Origin: Nageia nagi
Lineage: Eukaryota > Plantae > Pinophyta
NCBI GenBank assembly: GCA_050084985.1
Contig: JBITNC010000001.1
Span: 135,470,001-135,534,000, forward strand
Direction: 5' to 3'
DNA length: 64,000 nt
In this document: one piece after another, positions 1-13,811 of the stretch
Position numbering within the stretch: the first letter of the stretch is position 1
Layout: every line of letters begins with the position of its first letter
Made by a program: the position numbers and the translations under genes
The notes under the pieces: generated by a model
What the model was told of the DNA's origin: nothing
Seen by the model: only the letters and a program-made list of their open reading frames with translations
Databases searched by the model: none

Positions 1-2012
1 GAAGAAAAAGATTATTAGTGCACCTATGTTAGCAATTCCTAATTTATAGAAGCCATTTGAAGTGGAGACTGATTTAAGTGACTATACCATGGGAGCCATT
101 TTGTTACAAGAAGATAAACTAATTTGCTATCATTCTAAAAAAATTAGTAAGGCTATTTTGAATTATCTTATGATAAAAAAATGTATGCATTGGTTCAAGC
201 CATTAAAAAGTGAAAACATTACTTAATGGAGAAAGAAACCATCATTCATACTCATCATAAACCATTAAATTATTTACAAACTCAATCAAAATTGCAACAA
301 ACTAGACACTATAGATGGATTGGTTTTTTGCAATAATTCCACCTAGTGATCAAGTATAAGAAAGGAACATAGAATAAGGTTGCTAACATGCTTTATAGAC
401 CACTTGTAACTATAAATTGCATGCCATTAGTGGTGTATAGTATTTATTGAGTAATTAACAATGTCCAAATAGGATCCAATGAGTTCCCTCTCAATGTTGA
501 ATTTTTTTCCTTTTTTGTCTGAGTCATTTTCAAAGGCATATGTGCATGATCCTGAATTCAAAGAGGTGTATGAGCAATTTTCTTCATTTATTTCCATGTA
601 TGAGGGTTTAGATGATTTTAATTTAAAAAATGGAATTCTTTATTATTGTAATGCATTATGTACACCTCTAGGTGAAAGGATTGGAATGATTAGAGAAGCA
701 CATACTTCAAATATTGCAAGACATTTTGGGGTTGAAAAGATATTGTACAATTTGCAAAGGTATGTATATTAGCTAAAGATGCAAGATAAAGTTACCAAGT
801 ACATAAATGGGTGTTCTTTTTGTTTCACTAGTAAGTCAAGTAATAGGAAATTAGGTTTGTATCACCCACTTCTAGTATCTTCACATTCATGGGAGTGTAT
901 ATCAATGGATTTTGTGGGAGGGTAGCCTATGACTAAAAGGGGTCATGACTATTTACTTTTTGTTGTGGATAGATTTAGCAAGATGTTTATTTTTATTTCA
1001 TGTAAAAAGACTATAACAAGATAATATGCTACAAATTTGTTCTTTTCCCATGTTTGGGTTCATTTTGGATTACCTAATTCTATTATTTCAGATAGAGATA
1101 GTAGGTTTTTGTGCAAGTTTTAGACATATTTAGGGAAAAATATGGACACAAGTTTGAAGAGGAGTACTACCTTTAATCCTTAAATGGATGGACACACTAA
1201 GGTGGTGAATAGAATAGTGGTTCAACTATTAAGGGGTTATTGTGGAAAGCATCCTAATTCTTGGGATGAACATCTTGAATATATCCAACATTCATACAAT
1301 AGGGCAATTCATTCTTCCATTAATAAGAGTCCTTTTGAGACTTGTTTTGCTTACTTACCACTTTCAAATTTTGATTATGTGTTTGGAAAGCAAAATGATG
1401 AAGAATATTCACTTGAGAAAGAGGAAAAGAAAGCTGAAAAAATTTGTTGAAAAGATTGGGCAAATTCATTTGAAATTCCAAAAGTAACTTGAGACAAGAT
1501 AAGACAAGTACAAGATGAGACATGAAATACATAGAGTTGACCATAAGTTTCATGTGGGGGGCTATATTTGGTTTCATATTAGTAAGGAGAGGTTGCAAGG
1601 GCTAGTTAAGAAGTTAAATCCTATAAGGTATGGACCATTTGAGATTATGGAGAAAGTAAGTGAGAATGCCTTTAGATTGAATCTACCAGAATATACAAAC
1701 ATCTATTCAGTTGTAAATGTTGAGCATTAGAAAATATGTGAGCCATCTATGTTGACTAAAGATGAAGTAGGTTCATATTAGATTTTTCTATATCTTGATA
1801 ATTTAACTTCTAATACTATGGATGAACTCAAGGAGGATTCCATATTGCAAAAGAAGATTTGTGCTATAAGGAGAGGTGAGACAAAGCTTTGGTTGGTTGG
1901 ATTAAAAGGATAGAAGCCTAACAAATCCAAGTGGATGGATAGGTCCAAAGTTGGGAAGTTGTATCCTCATCTATGCATTTATGGGACCAAGTGCTTTCCC
2001 ATTAGGGAGGTG
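1..2012 (+). mobile_element. Ty3/gypsy chromovirus-type retrotransposon, decayed pol 3' part (RT connection/RNase H, integrase, chromodomain) and PPT; continues left of the window
   Basis: Translation with stops/frameshifts gives RNase H (FEVETDLSDYTMGAILLQ), integrase HHCC (EAHTSNIARHFG...CSFC), core (WECISMDFVGG; VVDRFSKM; IISDRDSRF), GPF motif (RYGPFEI) and a chromodomain-like end (LWLVGLKG*KPNKSKWM...LYPHL). Purine tract AGGGAGG at 2004-2010. Confidence 0.93.
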
Positions 2013-2730
2013 TGATCTGAATTGGATCATGTTAGGTTATCTTTGTAGGAGAATACTCATTCCGTAGGTATTTATGCTTGGAGATAGATTGAGGACTAAA
2101 ATCTAGAGTTGTTTGGTGTACAAAACCATGCTTCCATTGGCATGCTATAATATAACTATGATGTTAACATGCCCCTTAATGAGTTAATAGGGTAAGTTTA
2201 AAGGACATCAATGTTTTGGGAAGCTAAGAAGTTCAGTGTCTTTAATCGATGTCTTAGATATGATTCCAAGCTTATTTAAGGGGCATGCTACTCTTGATTT
2301 CATAAAAGGGAGTTGTAAAGAGTTTTTAGGATTTTAGGATTATAAGATTTGAAGGAAGACCAAGAGTTATTCTAGAATTTTGTAGTTTTGAGATTATTTT
2401 TCTTCTTGCTATAGGAGATTGTAGTAAGTGTATAAGGTTGTATTACCATTATGTTGATAGTATATCTATATGCATGTAACATTATAATTTCTATAGACAA
2501 TGAGAAGAGAAGGCTCCAATTCCATGCTAGATTAGCCCACATTATATGAACCAGGGTAAATCATTATGTTGATCTTGTTGTATATGTTTGAGATTGCTAG
2601 TTTTGTATTTTTACATTGTACAAATTTCAAATTTTATATGCAATGTATGATCTCACTATGGTGAATATATTTTTTTGAATTTGTAAGTGAGGATCCAAGT
2701 ATTCTTTAAGCATCTAGTGATTATAGATCA
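2013..2730 (+). repeat. 3' LTR of the chromovirus element (718 bp)
   Basis: Starts TGATCT just after the PPT and ends AGATCA (6-bp inverted termini). Unrelated minus-strand RNase H sequence begins abruptly at 2731. Confidence 0.82.
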
Positions 2731-3395
2731 CATACTCAACTAAGAACCCCATCCATCTCCTTTTATTGATATTTAGATTTGGTTGAGGGAATAAATACTT
2801 CAAAATTTTATGATTTTTCTCATGTTTGAAGGGATTTCCTAGAAGATAGTGTCTCTACATATTAAGTGCATGGAATACAACTACCAATTCAATATCATAA
2901 GTTACATAATTCATCTCATGAGTTCTCAATTTTCTAGATTCATATGCTATAGGTTTTCCATTTCATGACAACACACCACCCAAAGCTTCTAGTGAAGCAT
3001 TTGTGCATACTAAAAAATTATCATGTGGCTTAGGGATGGTGATAACAGGTGTTAAAGTAAGCCTTTCTTTCAAGGTTGCAAAAGCTTTCTCACATTTTTT
3101 ATCCACTTTAACACCTTATTCATTTTTTGAATGCTAGTGATGGGATTGGCTATTTTTGAGAAATATTTGATGAATCTTCAATAATATCCATCTAACCCCA
3201 TAAAACTTTTTACCTTAGTCACATTTGTTGATGTAGGCTAACTCATTATTTCTTCCACTTTCTTAGGATCAACTAAGATTCTATTTGTAGAAATGATATA
3301 GCCTAGATACTAAATTTATGGAACATAAAATTCATATTTTGATAATTTTCCATACAATTTATTTCTCCTCAACACTTTTAGAGCCAATATCATAT
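2731..3395 (-). pseudogene. Ty3/gypsy RT C-terminus/RNase H fragment, cut by the element at 1-2730
   Basis: Minus strand reads LYGKLSK.EF...YLGYIIS...VDPKKV...VKSFMGL.GYY*RFI...CEKAFATLKERLT...LVCTNASLEALGGVL...IAYESRKL..HEMNY.TYDIEL...RHYLLG...RRWMGFLVEY and stops at the LTR edge. Confidence 0.9.
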
Positions 3396-3399
3396 TTAT

Positions 3400-4622
3400 T
3401 TTAGAACTATATGATGCCTTAAATAATTTTTGATATATCTTAGAGAAGAAGATTCAAACTATAGGAATTGAAGTTTTTGATGATTGATGACCATCTTTAT
3501 AGAAAAAATTTTGATCAAACCCTTTTAAGATGTGTAACTCAAGATGAAGCTCAAAGGATCTTGAATGAGTTTCACTATGGATTATCTATAAGACACTATA
3601 ATGGTCCTACTACAGTAGCAAAAATATTACAAGCAAGCTATTATTGTCCTATTGTATTCCAAGATTCTTTCAAGATAGCTTAGGAATGTGACAAGTGTAG
3701 CAGGTATGTGGAAAAAAGAATACAAGTTTCCATGCCTCTAAAACTTATGGTAATTAAAGAACCTTTCCAATAATGTGGTTTAGATTTCATTAGTGTTATA
3801 AATCTAAATTTTTCAATGGGTTATAATTTTATCCTAACTACAACAGACTACTTCACAAGAAGGTCTAAAATTATGCTATGTAAAAATGTAGATCAAGTGG
3901 CAATAACAGAGATGATAAATAGACTGATCACTTATTTTGGCATCCCATAGACCATTATATCAGATAATAATTTTGCATTCATTGATACTAATTTATCAAA
4001 TTTTATTATTGAGTACATGATCTATTACCTATTCTCTTCAAACTATTACCTGTAAGAGAATAGGTTGGTTGAATCAACAAATAAAAACTTAACCTAGATT
4101 ATTCAAAGAACTATTTAAGGGAATCCCATGCAATGGCACACAAATTTAGAATATGCATTATGGTTTGATAAAATTAGTATCACATCAAATATCAAAACAT
4201 TACCCTATGCATTAGTTTATGATAAAATACTAGTACTTGTTGTCCATCTAGAGTTGCCTACATTGAAAATCCTACAAGAGTTCAAAGATTATGATTTTGA
4301 ACCATTACAAGTTAGATTCAGTTAGTTGGTCAAGCTGGAAGAAGATATAAATAAAGATTATTTGGATTTGTAGAATAGGAAAAAAATTGTTAAAAATTGG
4401 TTCGATAAAAAGAAGTCTTCTTGAGTGAAGTTTGAAGTTGGATATATAGTCCCAAAATGGGATGAGGAAAGAGAAAAGCCTAGAAGGCACCAAAACTTGG
4501 ATTCATTATGGAGTGGGCCTTATATCATCATTGAAGCCTTACAGAATAACACATTTAAATTGAAGGATATTTTTAGTTCTCAAGATCTACCTACATTACT
4601 GAGTACTCGAGTGATTTCATAA
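3400..4622 (+). pseudogene. Non-chromovirus (Tat/Ogre/Athila-type) gypsy integrase, decayed
   Basis: LYRKNFDQTLLRCV..DEAQRILNEFHYG...HYNGPTTVAKILQASYY...CDKC; GLDFI; TDYFTR; IISDN; VESTNK; ALW; LWSGPY. No chromodomain. Includes ORFs 3468-3683, 4128-4325 and 4425-4622. Confidence 0.88.
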
Positions 4623-5166
4623 CACCCATCAGGTGTGTACATTGTAAATAGCTCCTATTTTTATATCTCAAAAAAAGTGTATATATTATATTTACCACTA
4701 GTACACTTCCCATGGAGTTAGATAGCTATTAATGGTAGCATTTATTAGGAATGGTGGTGGTTAAGTTTGAATTCCACTAAACATCTCATCAAAGGATTGG
4801 CCTTCCAATGTTGGATTGCCTTGAAAATCCCTCCTAGCCTATAACTCACATCCCAATTTAAATTGGCATGGTTGAATTTAATGCTGCTACCTATAAAATC
4901 TAACAAGATCTCTTTGTACAAATCCTAACATTCCAAATGCATTAATTTTCATTGATAGGTGGGATTCAAAATCCCAAAAAAAATAAAAACAAATTCCAAA
5001 CTTTATCATTCTTCACTTAGTGAATTCGAAAGGCCAAGTTTTTTAGTGTTGTAGAGCTATACTATTCTCAAAGCTTTCAATGCTAGGGTGTGAAGGAGTT
5101 TTATTTGTGACATAGTTAAAGGGAAGTTTATTATTTACTAGAGCTACTCAAATATTATTTAACATA

Positions 5167-8100
5167 ATGGCTAAACTAGAGCACATTATGGTCATTTCAA
5201 TTGAGGGATTCGAGGAGCTATCGAAGATCCATGAAGAATACTTGAAAAATACCCACGAAGTGAACTGGACTAAGAGGGATTACTTAATCATATGGTTACC
5301 TAGCAAACAAATATAGAAAGGCCATTGTTCCAACATAATATTCCAAATGTATTTGGAAAAGGAAAGATGAGGGTAACAAGGAATAATGTCATGATTAACT
5401 AGGGTGTAATATACTTTATGTCATATGATTTGTTCACCTACCCAAAATTCTTCACCACCATTACATTAAGGCATAGCCCATAGGGCTACATCATAAGGGA
5501 ATACAAGGAGAAAAAAAAGGGTGAGGAAGAGTCAAAATATCAGCTAGATATCTTCCTAGATTACTCCCTTGTCACCATTCTCAATGCATTGGTAGTTCTA
5601 GATGATTGGAGCTTTCACATTAAAAAGCAAGTTGATCTAAAAAAGGAAAAGTGAGAATTTTATCAATATGAGGATGACATGATCAACTAGATCGATGAGA
5701 GGTATAATGGAAATACCATCAAGTTCAATTAGAGCTACTATGTTACATTATTTTCCAAATCTTGAGAAAAATAGATCCTAAAAGATCTAGTAATGATCTT
5801 TAGGCATGTGACCCAAATTGAAGTTGATGAGGCCATGATCAAAATGGCCTACAATATTGTTAAAAATTTAGTTTGTTATGAATTATCTACCTTTTTATTG
5901 AATGAGAAAAAAAAATAATCTAATCAATATCGATAAGGGATATTTTAGGCATTCTTCTTATTTGTGATGGTTGATAGTCCACCAAAATTTGCAATCTTTA
6001 GAAAAGGGAGGATTATCTATAGTGTCAACAACCACCTCCATAACACCTAAAGCAATAAACATGAGGGTTCTAGTACTCACAAAATTTCATGGCTCTTACT
6101 ATGAGTTCATGGAGAAATATTTTTCCCTTTTCATGAAGATTCTCATGGGGAGAACTGTACATAGGTTGCACCAAACAATACAAGAAGAGCTACAAGGTGG
6201 CAATAAAATTGAAGACTGGTACTTTTTGAAGGAAAGGATAGTAATTCTAAGGTATGGGTATTTTGAAACTCCTTTCTTAATACCTAAGTTTGTTACCTTA
6301 CAATTATATTCTTTAGATATGGGTAGACAAATATGTGCCATAAAAACCAAATATGGGTTAGGTGATAATTTCAAGCCCATAATCAAAATGTTAGCTATAG
6401 CAACAAGTTTTACACTATTAAAAGTGGGTTGTAAAGAAGAATTGTTAGATTTTATAGTTCAAAATTTTAATTTAGAAAAGATATAGTACCCATGTATGTA
6501 TGACCTCATAGTGGAATGTACAAAAATTATAAAAGCAAACAAAAAATGATCGACATTTGATCATGAATCCTAACCTTATATCAAGAATTTTACAAATCAA
6601 ATTGAGTAAGAAATTGAGGCATGTCTAGAATGGGAATTTATCATTTTGGATAAGGCATGGATGGCCTTACAAGGGTTGAAAAAGTATATATTATGGGAAA
6701 CCAAAAGGAAGGAATTTGCCTTGAACTCGAAGATCATTGCCCAATTATAGGATGAATTAAAATGAGGTCTAGATAAAATTGAATATTTCATAAAATATAG
6801 ACTTGAGTATACCACCAAGGTAGGACATGTGAAAAATAAGCCTTTTGGTGAGTTTAAGCATGATTAGTACTATCTTGCACAATATCTAAAAGACCTAATT
6901 CTAGAGAAGGGGCAACCTTTACCAACCAATTTTCAAGGCAAGGCATCACAAGATGATCAACCATTGGCACAGCAAGTAGAAGAGCATAAAGAGCTAAGAA
7001 AAAGAAAACTTGAATAATGTTCTAGCTCACATCATCCCCTAAAGAAGAAAAAGGAGACATAAGTATTGATGGTTGTTGCTTTTGAGGAGTCTTCCCCTAA
7101 TAAATAAAGAAAAATTAAGTTAATAATCAAAGGACTAGCTGGTGGGTAGTAGAACCATGAGAAAAAGAAACCTACAAAGAAGCCACTTATACTTGAGAAA
7201 GTCCAGGTCTCATCCCCATGGATGCAAGAAGAAGATCCATAACCAAGCATAAGAGATATGGAACTATTGGATGTTGAGACCCATAAATCCCAAACCATGG
7301 ATATGGTATTATTTTAAGATGCATAAGAAGAAGTCAAGGATGAAGTGAAACAAGGGGGGGGAATATGCTTAGAGCATGTTACATAATAATAATAGTAGGA
7401 GAAGTGGGTAGAGATGTTGATGTTAATGATGATGATCCCAATAATAAAAAATACTCTATACCAATAGATAAGGAAGAAGAGAAAGAATAAGCCATTGCTA
7501 AAGAAGAAGAACAACAACAAAAAAAACCCACTATAGAGATAGTAAAAGAGATTCCTACTCTAGAAACACCTACATCAACTTCTAAGAAAGGTACATCATA
7601 GAATTCTTTAATTCCTTATTCAACCACCTTAGGCATGGAAATATAAATAATTTTTTCTATTCAAGTATTAGATCCCATTGATTGGATAATATTATTAATA
7701 AACCCCCTATACTCTTAGAGCAACAAGGTAGATTTTTAAGTAGAGTGATGGATATAGGGGATATTAGAATTGCATAGATACCCTTCAAGGATGGGAAGTT
7801 AGATAAAACCCCTACCTCCATTATGGATGTGAAGATATAGAGTGCCCTAGCAATTGATCAATCCATGTTTTTAGTGAATAATTCCTTGGAAGTAGGAAAA
7901 AGTCTCCATTCTATAGAAAATAAAATAGAGAAATTAAATAAAAATATTAAGTAGCTCAAATGAGATTGCTCGTAAAAAGATAAAATGATGGTCAAATTAT
8001 AGAATCAAAATAAAGAATTAATTGAAAAGTTGGCCAAGAAAAAATCTTAGCATGATAAGAGCCTACAAGAGGCTAAGGCAAAACTTGAGAAATTAAAGAA

Positions 8101-8860
8101 ACAAATCAAAGAGCTAAAGTCTCAATCTAATGTAATTGATAAGGAAAAAGCTCAAAAAATAAAGGAAGAGCTTAAAAAGACTATGGTAGCTAATAAAATT
8201 TTAAATGATGATAATGTAAATCTATTGCAGATCATTAAAGATTACAAAATTTAGTGGAGCATATTGGAGAAAGAATGGTTAGCCTATCTAAACTATATTA
8301 TTTGAAAAATCAAGAAGAATAGGATGTACTTTAGTATAATGTCTAGGCTACACTCTAATAGTTGGTCCTAGAAGCCTTGAGAGAAAAGATTGAGAAAATG
8401 TAGAGTTGCCTCAGAGTCATAGCAGAAAAGGATTTAGTCACTATAACTCTAATGCCAAGATAAACAATTTTGAGGAGAATCAAGGATGTTTGTGATTTGA
8501 AAGATTTGGCATTAGCCTTAGACCTAGAGAAAGATTAGTTAAAAGTAGAAATTAGTTTTGTAAATATGTATTTCAATTCTTTGATTCAATTGAAAGCTCT
8601 CAAATTGTAAGAAGAATTATATATCCAATGTAGTGATCACCATTGTATGGAAAATATAAAATCATTCTTTGATCAAGATGTCATAATAAACTTCCCTAAA
8701 AATCAACTCTCAAACCTACAAGAAATAAATAAGAAATCTCAAGAAGCAATTGTAAGATTTTTGGTTGGAAAGTATTTTGATGGGCTTTAGAGTAAATATT
8801 ACAAAATTTGAAGCATGCCCCATCTTGTCATAAGTAGATGATAAGGATATTTATGACCTA
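5167..8860 (+). pseudogene. Long decayed additional ORF downstream of the integrase (unknown function; C-terminal K/E-rich, coiled-coil-like)
   Basis: ATG at 5167 and coding-like sequence broken by stops. Open stretch 5971-6486 (DWYFLKE..VI..YG...PFLIPKFVT.QLYSLDMGRQ), low-complexity E/K/P middle, and heptad-like K/E/L region ~7900-8600. The end coordinate is approximate. Confidence 0.6.
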
Positions 8861-9046
8861 TATAAGAAACCTCTATCTTTTTTACTAATAGAATTAATTC
8901 CACAACAATAGGCCCCACTAAAGAATACATTTGGCCAAGCAAGTGGGAGTGGTCATTGAGGGTTCTATTCTCTAGTAGGATGAAGACCCCAAATAGCTAC
9001 CAAAAGATTGTTATTCTTGCATAATCACACTCTCAAGGGGTAATAT

Positions 9047-11041
9047 TATTTATATCTATTCATTATTTCATTCATTCTTCTTTCCTAATAAAATTTTCTT
9101 CTATATTTCCTATTTCTTATTTCCCTTTCTTTCTCAGTTGTAAATACTTGTACAAAATTTAGTCCTAAGTTTACATTATATATACTTAGTCTTTTTCCAA
9201 GAGTCTTATGCTATAAGTACCATTAGTTAGGGCTTGGTTTTGTTTAAGGTATTTTTAGGTCATGTTCATATGGTCGGGTCTTAGTTAGTAAAAAGCTATT
9301 TCAAAAATATTATTTTATTATAAGGTGGGAGTTGTTTGTACAAAGTCATGTGAGTCATGTCCGAGTGGAGTTTAAAAGTTATATGTAGAGAAGATTCCAT
9401 TCTATGAAAATCAGCTAAGTCATTTTCAAAAAGTATTGTATAGATTCTATGTATTTGTCTAAGTCAAGTTCGGGACCTATCTCGAGTCAAGTTACTTAAA
9501 AATTTTGGTCTTACATAGTCAAGGGGTTATTTTTGGGCCCTATTGTACATAGTTGTTGATCTATGTTAAGTCAATTTTGGGCCCTATTGGGAGTCAAATT
9601 AATTATATTTTCATCTAGTATAGTCTGGGTATTATTTCTAGGCCTTGTATGTAAGTGTTGGTTTTTAGTTAATTCATATAGTAGGTGTTGTCATAAGAGT
9701 CAAGTGAAGTAGGTCCTATGAAAATTCAATGATGATATCATAATTCTCAACAAAAATTAGTAGATGTTATATAGCTTCATCAGTGGGTAGTCCAAAAGTA
9801 GTGGTAGATGTTCATAACTTTATATTTAATAGACACCATCAATTTTGAGTGATGACATCACATTTTTTATGAGAAATCAATGGGTGATAAGCTCCATAGG
9901 TATTCAAAAATACACATTGAGATAAAATAAGACCCTCCAAGAATAAGTAAATACTATAAGAGGAGGTGAACACCCAGGTCCACCTAATTGAGGGTTTATG
10001 ACCCTTGGTACTCTATCAACATGTGGACTATGACTTATTTCCATGTGGAAGTAGTAGTTCACTCTCAGATTTGAATGATTACATATTCCTTCACCCTTAT
10101 AGTATTTTGATCCTAGAGTTATAGATAGAAGCATTTAATGGTTGTAGAGAATTAGGAGGCCATCGACTACTAGAATGGCTTGATTGTACTAAAGAAAGTA
10201 GTAGACCATACCTCATAAATGTAGAAATAGTTCTAGATTCACCATGTTCAATACATAGATATGATTGATTATGGATAGATAGGTACAATATTGAAGATCT
10301 ATAGACTCCAATAATTGATGTCACATCTGGACAATGCTTCTTAATTAGTTGCAATCATAGAATCTTCTATAAATACTATAAATATTTAAGTTTATACTAT
10401 TGTTACTCAAAGAGGTAGTTGTATTCATTAATGTGGAAAAACACCCATTTTGTAAAGGAAATATTATAAATAGTGGATTCTTTGAATTCCATAAGGTCGA
10501 ATATTTTAGCAAAGTTGCCCAGTGTAAGAACTATTTTCATATATGATAATGTAATACTATGGTATTTTACCCTTTGCATTCTGTGGCTATTATATTTTCT
10601 ATAATTGTTATGTATGAAGATTTTTCTAAATTTTGGTTATGTATTTCAATTATGAGACCCCAAGAGTGAGGTAGTTGTGCTACTCTTAGTCTTGGATATG
10701 GATTACTATCTTTGCAGTGATTCCTAGGTTGACTAGTTTAGTTTGGTTTCCTATTATTTGCTTTCCTTATTTAGTTGTTAGGTTTTTATCTCTTTCTTAT
10801 TACTTTTGACCTTTTTCATAGATAGGATTTGACCTATAACCCAAAGATTGAGCATAAAACCCTACAAGCACACTATCCTACCACCTTCTACACATTCAAG
10901 AACGCTACTATTATCAAGGAATAGAGAACTCACCAGACCAAACCCTTAGGTTGAATTATTCTAATAAATATAAATACATAATAAAAAAACTCAAATTCAT
11001 TAATTAGCATTCATTAGTTTTTGAACAATATATTATCAACC
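9047..11041 (+). repeat. Candidate 3' LTR of the Tat-type element
   Basis: Follows AAGGGG (9035-9040). Degenerate termini TATTTATA...TATCAACC resemble TGTTGATA...TATCAACA. TATA-like CTATAAATA near 10367. No second copy in the window. Confidence 0.38.
9440..9720. repeat. Degenerate tandem repeats inside the candidate LTR
   Basis: Recurrent AGTCAAGTT / TTTTGGGCCCTAT / ATAGTC motifs. Confidence 0.5.
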
Positions 11042-11930
11042 ATGTTTTCTCTAGGACACAGTCCAAAAAAGGAAAAAATGTAGAAACCTAAAATAATCAC
11101 ATTTATGCTAAGCATAATAACATTGAAATGTGTGAAATGCTACCTAAGAAAATGAAAAATATGATCTAATATAGAATCCAAAATCATAACCCAAATTCAC
11201 ACATTAATTTGAAACAATGAAAAAGAATAAATGAAATAGAAAAATAAGGTAAAAAAATATTTATATCAGATTACACATGCTCATAGTATAAGAATGCAGG
11301 AAATTAATTATGAATTCATCCAATCTCAATAAATCACATGTAATTGAAAATAATCTAAAAAATAAGTTTGAATATATATTTTCATCCACTTGATGGTTCC
11401 ACCAAAATAGTTTATGAAACACTATGTTGGATTTTCCATGAGAAAAAGCAAAAAGTAGTGAGTTCCCTTAGGATATTTTAGATAAATACTAAGATATTTG
11501 TTCATGCATGAGTTAACTAAGTGATCTATATTAATCCATGAATTTCAAAAGGATAATATCTTCATCTTGTGATAACTACAAGAAGAACATAATAATTAAC
11601 TCATGAAAAAGAACACATGCAAATTAGGAAATTAAAATAATATCTAAATCCTAATTTCTATATGCTTTTCCATATGTACAAGTACTAATGCATTATTTTA
11701 TCTCTCTCCTCAAATCATATAGTTTTATGTTGTTGAAATTTTAATTTAAGTCTACAAAGTTATAATATGTGTGAGTTTGTTGTCATATGTGCTTGGTTTT
11801 ATGTTACAAAAAATGCAAAAATGATTATTTTCATATGAGTAAGTTAGTTTAATGTATTTATTACTTCCATGTTTGTAGGTTGTTAATTTGATTATTTATG
11901 TATAGGATAATTATGAGGAAGGATAAATAA

Positions 11931-13308
11931 TGATTTGTAAATCTTACTTTGAGATTTAATTTGGATCTTCACACTTTGTTCATTTTAGTGCTTGCAGAAA
12001 AAAATGCACACCAAATCAAAAAAACACAAAATGATGCACACATATAGTTACCTTGCTTCATTTAATTTGGTATACATACAAAAAAAAATTCATTATTTTA
12101 GATTCCATTTTACAATGTCAATTGTATGATCCTTCTTTCATCACTCTTTTGTTCATCAAAGTCAAATCACATGATTACTATAGGTTCTCCACTGAATCCC
12201 ATTCTTAAAGAAGACTCTATTTTAAATGAAATTCCTTGAGCATAGTTCCATGTATCTTATCTTGGGATGACATATTTAGAACTAATATTTGTATTTGTTT
12301 CTTTTCATCATGGCAATTATGTCATCCACTTCTTTCTACATGGCAATAATCTTGACCATGTCCTTTTTTCTTGTTCTATGCAAGCTTGAAATATGCCTCC
12401 AATATTACTCTCATGATTTTGTTTTTTTCCATGGATTTTAAAATTAAATATATTCTTATACATTCTTTTCAAACCTACACTAACTCACTCCCTTTAAGAG
12501 GAAATCCACACTAAAGGACTTAACTTTTTTTTATACTCCATGTTCCCTTTTATAACATTAAGGGATTACAAATATGGAGTTTATGGTTACATGTTGGTAA
12601 GATAATATTTGTTATTTTTTATCCTTTACAATATGCTCTTTCATCCTCACAACAATAATCTCCCTCATTTGTATTCATGTAGCATTGATTTGGCCTCATA
12701 TGATTATATTCTCCTATCTTTTTAGATTTTGCAAAATTGTCAAAATTGCTTCTAGTGCCATTTTTTCATGACCATAAATCTAAATGTCACAAAATTCCAT
12801 CTTTATTTTCTTGGATATATGTAGCTTAATTCGTCCAAATTTCATGCTTTAAATCCTTATTGGTATATCCAAGCATCTTCATCAAGTTGGCCTCCAATGC
12901 AAATTTGCACCTCACAGCTATTAAAATTGACTATCATGAATGCATAATAATAATTTACTATTTTGTGGGTGCCATAAATTTAAATTATTTAATCTAAATG
13001 AATTCAAATTTTAACCACATGTTTATCATAATATAAGGTACTAATGATTCAAATTGCAAGTTATGAATCCACACGAACTACTTATGTTCAATCCATTGAT
13101 AGAGCCTTCCATGCATATTTTGCATTTTTTTATATTTAACTCCAAATTTTGAAAAGCCATAGCTTACAAACCATAGCTCCATTTTATTTTCCATTTGAAG
13201 CATTGAAATCATGGAATAGAGATCTTTAATATGGAAGAGAACAATCAACAAAATTAACAACTTGAAAAAATCACCTTTTTCTAAGACTTTGAAATCCATT
13301 TCAGATCA
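11931..13308 (-). repeat. 3' LTR (LTR family A, copy 1)
   Basis: Colinear with 13812-15163 and 42228-43619. Preceded on the minus strand by AAAATGGGACAAG (PPT-like). Confidence 0.9.
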
Positions 13309-13793
13309 CTTGTCCCATTTTATAAGCTTTTGGACCCATAAAAGCCTTAGGATCAAAATAAAAATAAAAATAATCTTCACACAAATATATATTTACCCCT
13401 TCTTGTAATCACCTTCTCTAATTTGCTCCTATGTCTAAATTTGCATGGTATTTTTAGGTACATCACTTCGTATTCTCGATGAATTAAGAGCAAAACAATA
13501 TTCGCTTCCAACACAACAACCTTAATCATCAAAACTATTGAGAATATGGGTCCTTATCCTCCCAATATAATTCATGTAGATATAATTTTATGATGGAAAT
13601 ATTTCATCAAAAGCTAATGAAAATTGCTAACTATGAAAATGAAAATTTACCTCAACCTTGTATTCTTTCAATTCGTGAATCCAATCCATTAGATTAGGTT
13701 ATATTGACTCTAAATTAGGCATAAAACTGAACTTTACACACAAATCACTCATTATTTTTCTTTGAATAAGCTCCATTAGCTCCCAATAAAATA

Positions 13794-13809
13794 GCTTTTT
13801 TGATACCGA
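13794..13809 (-). other. Degenerate primer binding site (tRNA-iMet type)
   Basis: Minus strand CGGTATCAAAAAAGC, versus canonical TGGTATCAGAGC, 2-3 nt after the LTR end. Confidence 0.6.
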
Positions 13810-13811
13810 CT

